The notes below the pieces were generated by a model. The model was not told the DNA's origin. It searched no databases and was given only the letters and a program-made list of their open reading frames with translations. A DNA stretch of 64,000 nt from an uncultured delta proteobacterium (lineage in GTDB: Bacteria > Desulfobacterota > BSN033 > UBA1163): NCBI GenBank assembly GCA_963708295.1, contig CAVPSJ010000014.1, positions 64,001-128,000 on the forward strand, written 5' to 3'. The translations under genes and the position numbers were made by a program. Positions 60,279 through 64,000 of the stretch are shown here, in pieces (the stretch's first letter is position 1; every line of letters begins with the position of its first letter).

Positions 60279-60512
60279 TCAATCCTCCTCCAGGATTCTG
60301 ATCACATCTTTAACATCCAACCAATGGCAATGCTTACGCGCTCCATGAGGTTTGACGACTGTTAAAATCCTATTTCCCTTCTTATAGACAGGGTGGCTTC
60401 CCCTGATATTTACCCGTTTAAACCCTGCCCCGAAAATGACTCTCTCCAGCTCTTTAAATCTCACCCCTTTTGGGTTTTGCTTCATCCTGGAAAGGTCTTT
60501 TTCTATTCCCAT
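60279..60512 (-). CDS. hicA: HicA toxin
   Basis: NPKGVRFKEL...GF....RGSH; upstream of hicB. Confidence 0.85.
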   Translation of the reverse strand: MGIEKDLSRMKQNPKGVRFKELERVIFGAGFKRVNIRGSHPVYKKGNRILTVVKPHGARKHCHWLDVKDVIRILEED

Positions 60513-60668
60513 CTCGAAAACAGAATAACTGAATATAGTTACAAATTCAAGAAAAAATATCCCCCAGCGTCCAATGAATGTCAGTTACCGGCGAAATCAG
60601 TAAGAGTTAGGAACAGAAGGTGAAATCCGATATCTAGCGAGCCTCAAGCTGTTTCCGAAAGACTTATC

Positions 60669-61518
60669 TTACTCGTCTTTCCAGTTCCAATTCCTGCCGC
60701 CTTTGAAGACGCCTGCGTTCATTTCGTTGCTGATAAAGAGGTTGGCGTCCGGGAAGCGTTGGACCATGGCGTAATAGAAGCAGCCCTCGTCTTTGGTTTT
60801 GGCCATCTCCTCTTCCGTGGCGATCAGGTAATCTTTCGTAAAGCTGTACGAAGAGGAATCGAAAGGCATGCCCGGTTTCTGATGGCCGGGAATGATAACC
60901 TCCGCACCGATCTTTTCTAACCGCTCAATATCCCGTATCCATTGCTGACGTTCTTCCGCCGTAAGCTCGCAGGTAAAGGGGTGCGCCTGGTTAAACAGGA
61001 CGTCGCTGCCGTAGAGGGTTTTTATGGAAGGTATCCAGACCACCGAATTGTATTTCATGTCGCCCACGACTTCCGGAATAATCTCAATCCGCTGTCCTTC
61101 CAGCTCGATGGAGTTCTGGCTTAGAGACTCAATATTGACGGTTTTTCGGCATACATTGGTCGGCTCCGATAACTTTTTCCCAATGATCGAGTTTTCCAAA
61201 AAACTGACGATTGATGGTGCGGGCTACCGAAGCGAGCGCGGTGACCCGGGCGGACGGGAAAGCCTCCGCAATGACCCCCAGCCCGAAGTAATGGTCAGGA
61301 TGAGCATGAGTCACATAAATCGTTTCGAGATGTTTGCCGGTTTCCGCTATTTCCGCGATGACTCGATGGGCATTCGATAGTGTCCACTGGGCATCAATCA
61401 GAACGGCATTGGTTTTCCCCATCACGATGACGGAAGCAACTTCAAAACCTTTTTCATCGCTAAAGAAAACCTTGGTAGACAGCGAATTCGATCCGTGGTT
61501 GTTGATTCTAACTTCCAT
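60669..61518 (-). CDS. MBL-fold metallo-hydrolase; frameshift near 61140
   Basis: LIDAQ, THAHPDHYFG, SD, IPGH. Confidence 0.85.
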
Positions 61519-61536
61519 AGACTCACCTCCACTCAT

Positions 61537-61596
61537 AGGTTGCTGGAAAAATGACTATTTCTCAGGCTGCTCAAAAATGCCCGGATTGATGCAGGG
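61537..61596. mobile_element. MITE family A, truncated copy 3
   Basis: GGTTGCTGGAAAAATGACTATTTCTCAGGCTGCTCAAAAATGCC matches 6105-6150. Confidence 0.65.
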
Positions 61597-61597
61597 G

Positions 61598-61798
61598 TTA
61601 TGCAAGCTTTTTTTGTCTTTTAATGATTTCTGCCAGCGATCTCAATGCCTGATTTACAGAGTCGTGATCCGGGAAAATTTTGGCAACATCGGGCTCAATG
61701 ACTACAACATTTGTCCCCTCAGCATATCTTCTTGCATATTTCCCCCGGATGCCTTTGCTGAAATCATATTCTTCAAGCATGTCTGGATCTTTTGGCAT
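61598..61798 (-). CDS. BrnA-like antitoxin (orphan)
   Basis: DMLEEYDFSKG.RGKY....EPDVA..FPD..SVN.ALR. Confidence 0.75.
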   Translation of the reverse strand: MPKDPDMLEEYDFSKGIRGKYARRYAEGTNVVVIEPDVAKIFPDHDSVNQALRSLAEIIKRQKKLA

Positions 61799-61916
61799 TT
61801 TCTTTAAACATTCGATCTGAATCAAAGTCACGCCGACTTTTATTCTTGGCAAAGGACAGAGCTTCCTTTGCAGCATCCAACATATGCCGGATCCGAATCA
61901 GATCATCCCTGCGCAT
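61773..61916 (-). pseudogene. N-terminal fragment of HepT/DUF86 HEPN toxin
   Basis: MRRDDLIRIRHMLDAAKEALSFAKNKSR.DFDSDRM, then loses similarity; overlaps MNT stop. Confidence 0.7.
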
Positions 61917-62212
61917 ATTGAACCTCTGCAGAATCGAGCACCTGCTGTCTGAAATAGCGACTCAATTCTGCTGGCGTCCTCAAATCCACTTTCCTCTTAA
62001 GAATGCCTGAAAGCTCAATCTCCATTCCTGCCAAACGCAGCAGGCCAACAGTCTGACCTGATTCGAATTCCACAAGGACATCCACATCGCTGTCAGGACC
62101 AAAATCTTCCCGCAGAACAGAGCCAAAAAGAGAAAGTCTTACGGATATGATGTTTTCTGCAAAAAGCTTCGATTTTTTCCTTGGGGATCTCAAGCTTATT
62201 TTTTTCTCTCAT
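61903..62212 (-). CDS. Minimal nucleotidyltransferase (MntA-like antitoxin); frameshift near 62138
   Basis: LFGSVLREDF.PDSDVDVLVEF...KVDL. Confidence 0.88.
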
Positions 62213-62424
62213 TGTCTCCACCTTGATACGCTTCTAAGATAAAATTCCAATTTAATAATACACAAAGACAAGCATTTGCAATTCAACCAATGCATCCACG
62301 GCCAAAGATCAGAATGGAATTATGGTTATGTTCTTAGAACCCCCGACTCACAATATTTCTGCCAAGAGAACTAATATCTTCCCGCCAATGCCTCATTTAA
62401 TGACTTCACTCAGAAGCAGATGCA

Positions 62425-63560
62425 TCAGGATAATCTATTTTTATAATCCTGATAATTGAATTCTCTGATTAATCTAAATCCTGACTCTTCGATTCCATAT
62501 TCCGATGGAGGGATGGTTGACGCCGTTGAACATCGTGGTTTTGACGGTCGTGTAATGAATCATGTCATCAAATATGATTTTGTCGCCGGGTTTTAATTCT
62601 TTATCAAACGACCAATTCCCCATGTAGTCGCCTGCCAGACAGCTGATCCCTCCCATTCGGTAAGTGGGTTTTCCTGCCAGTTCATCGGTAGCGCCCAGAA
62701 TAAAAGGTTTATAAGGCATCTCAAGGCAATCGGGCATATGGCAGGTAAATGAGACGTCGAGAATCGCTGTTTTGATGCCGTTATTTTCAACAATATCCAA
62801 TATCGTAGAAACCAGGTAACCGGTTTGATAAGTAAAAGCGCTGCCGGGTTCCAAGATGACTTGAACACCGTAATTATTTTTGAAATCAGTTAAGAGTTTA
62901 ATCAGATGGTTTGTATCGTAGCCTTTCTTTGTGATCAGATGACCACCGCCCATGTTCACCCATTTTAGCTTAGGTAAGAACTTGCCAAATTTCTTTATGA
63001 AAACAGCCAACACCTTTTCGAGCGCAAAGGAATCGGCCTCAAACAATGTATGAAAATGAAGCCCTTCAACCTCCCGGGGTAGGGCATCGCCAAGCTGCTC
63101 GGCAGTGATGCCAAATCGGGAGCCGGGTTTGCAGGGATTATAGATGTCATGGGGTGAATCTGAAAACTCTGGGTTCACACGCAAGCCAATCGAAACACCT
63201 TTTTGCCTGGCGACCTTGGAATACTTTCGCAGTTGGTTTATGGAATTAAAGGAGATATGACTGCTGTATTTCAAAATGTCTGAGATCGTCTTTTCTTCAT
63301 AAGCGGGCGAATAGGTGTGCGCCTTGACTCCGAGTTCCTCAAATGCCAATCGCGCTTCGTTGAGTGAACTTGCCGAAGCGCCAAATCCGTATTCTTTAAA
63401 GATCGGGAAAACTCCCCAGTTCGCAGAAGGCTTTAAAGGCAACGAGAATATCAACCGCAGCGGCGTCTCTAACCTGTTTTATTAAACCGAGGTTATTTCG
63501 GAGCAGAAGCTCATCGATCACATAACACGGGGACGGGATTTTGTTGAAGTCAATGGACAT
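62425..63560 (-). CDS. nspC: Carboxynorspermidine decarboxylase; frameshifts near both ends
   Basis: PSPCYV; AFKAF; ASSLNEARL; GLRVNPE; HFHTL; NMGGGH; EPG; HMPD.LEMPY; YT.VKTTMFNG; FNYQDYKNRLS*. Confidence 0.93.
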
Positions 63561-63575
63561 GGTTATCTGAGAAAA

Positions 63576-63712
63576 TTGGAGTGTTGGAGCATTGGAGTGT
63601 CGGAATGCTGGAATACTTGGAGAAAACAATTTTCTCTAAACCCAATCCTGTTAATCTTTAAACCCAATATTCCATTCCTCCAGTCCTCTAATACTCCAGC
63701 ACTCCGTTACTC
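63576..63712. repeat. Octamer repeats (TGGAGTRT) in inverted arrangement
   Basis: ttggagtg ttggagca ttggagtg ... tactccag cactccg. Confidence 0.6.
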
Positions 63713-63719
63713 CAAACTC

Positions 63720-64000
63720 TTACAGTTCCAGATCGACATCATGCAATTCATGCCACGGCAGTCCATGGATGTTCAATTGCTCCATGAAGGGGTCGGGGTC
63801 AAATTCTTCAACATTAAAGACGCCGGCCTTTTTCCATTTACCGGTCACAAACATCATGGCGCCAATCATGGCGGGCACGCCAGTCGTATAACTCACGCCT
63901 TGAGCGCCGGTTTCCTTATAGGCATCCTGGTGTTTACAATTATTATAGATGTAATAGGTTTTCTCCTTACGATTCTTCATCCCTTTGATCCGGCAGCCGA
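63720..64000 (-). CDS. Carboxynorspermidine dehydrogenase (saccharopine dehydrogenase family), C-terminal part
   Basis: YNNC.H...Y.E.G.Q.VSYTTGVPAMIGA...W...GVFNVEEFDPDPF...GLPW; upstream of nspC. Confidence 0.88.
   Translation of the reverse strand, partial: GCRIKGMKNRKEKTYYIYNNCKHQDAYKETGAQGVSYTTGVPAMIGAMMFVTGKWKKAGVFNVEEFDPDPFMEQLNIHGLPWHELHDVDLEL

Noticed and set aside
61570-61602. Integron attC-like GCATAAC after antitoxin stop
   Set aside because: Downstream sequence belongs to a MITE A fragment; no matching GTTRRRY box and no integrase.

Overview
64 kb of bacterial DNA, most likely from an anaerobic Desulfobacterota/deltaproteobacterial-type genome (inferred from gene content and intergenic repeats). 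Many genes are split by single-base indels, which looks like long-read assembly error rather than real decay. From left to right: (1) 0-12 kb, a phenylphosphate synthase/carboxylase-like cluster (ppsA, ppsB, a single ppcB-like UbiD, ubiX, lpdD-like chaperone, CoA ligase, LysR) with two Tm-1-like/UPF0261 genes. (2) 12-20 kb, an accessory region: proteasome-beta-like ORF, HDAC, RHH/PIN toxin-antitoxin pair, small AT-rich ORFs, and a secreted FG-GAP-repeat protein whose esterase domain appears circularly permuted. (3) 19.7-35.7 kb, a GntR-linked catabolic cluster: two TAXI-TRAP binding proteins and a permease, AprAB-like flavoprotein/ferredoxin, amidohydrolase, MoaD-like protein, XDH-family Mo enzyme with atypical motifs, aryl-AMP ligase and a Tat-less reductive dehalogenase. 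(4) 36-44 kb, duplicated MFS genes flanking a split-Soret cytochrome and an ArsR operon with a candidate selenoprotein, followed by a sigma54-driven peptide ORF. (5) 44.5-53 kb, a liv-type ABC transporter, hydantoinase, and speB/pdaD with an XRE-cupin regulator. (6) 53.4-59.9 kb, the most striking unit: a signal-peptide-bearing PEP-utilizer (dikinase) with glucan-water-dikinase-like domain order, two exported class A beta-lactamase/PBP-like serine proteins, and a TLC/NTT-family nucleotide translocase. This suggests an ATP-fuelled extracytoplasmic phosphotransfer system. (7) 60-64 kb, toxin-antitoxin modules, an MBL-fold protein, and nspC/CASDH. No rRNA, tRNA, CRISPR array or transposase was recognised. 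Several MITE/REP-like repeats are present.
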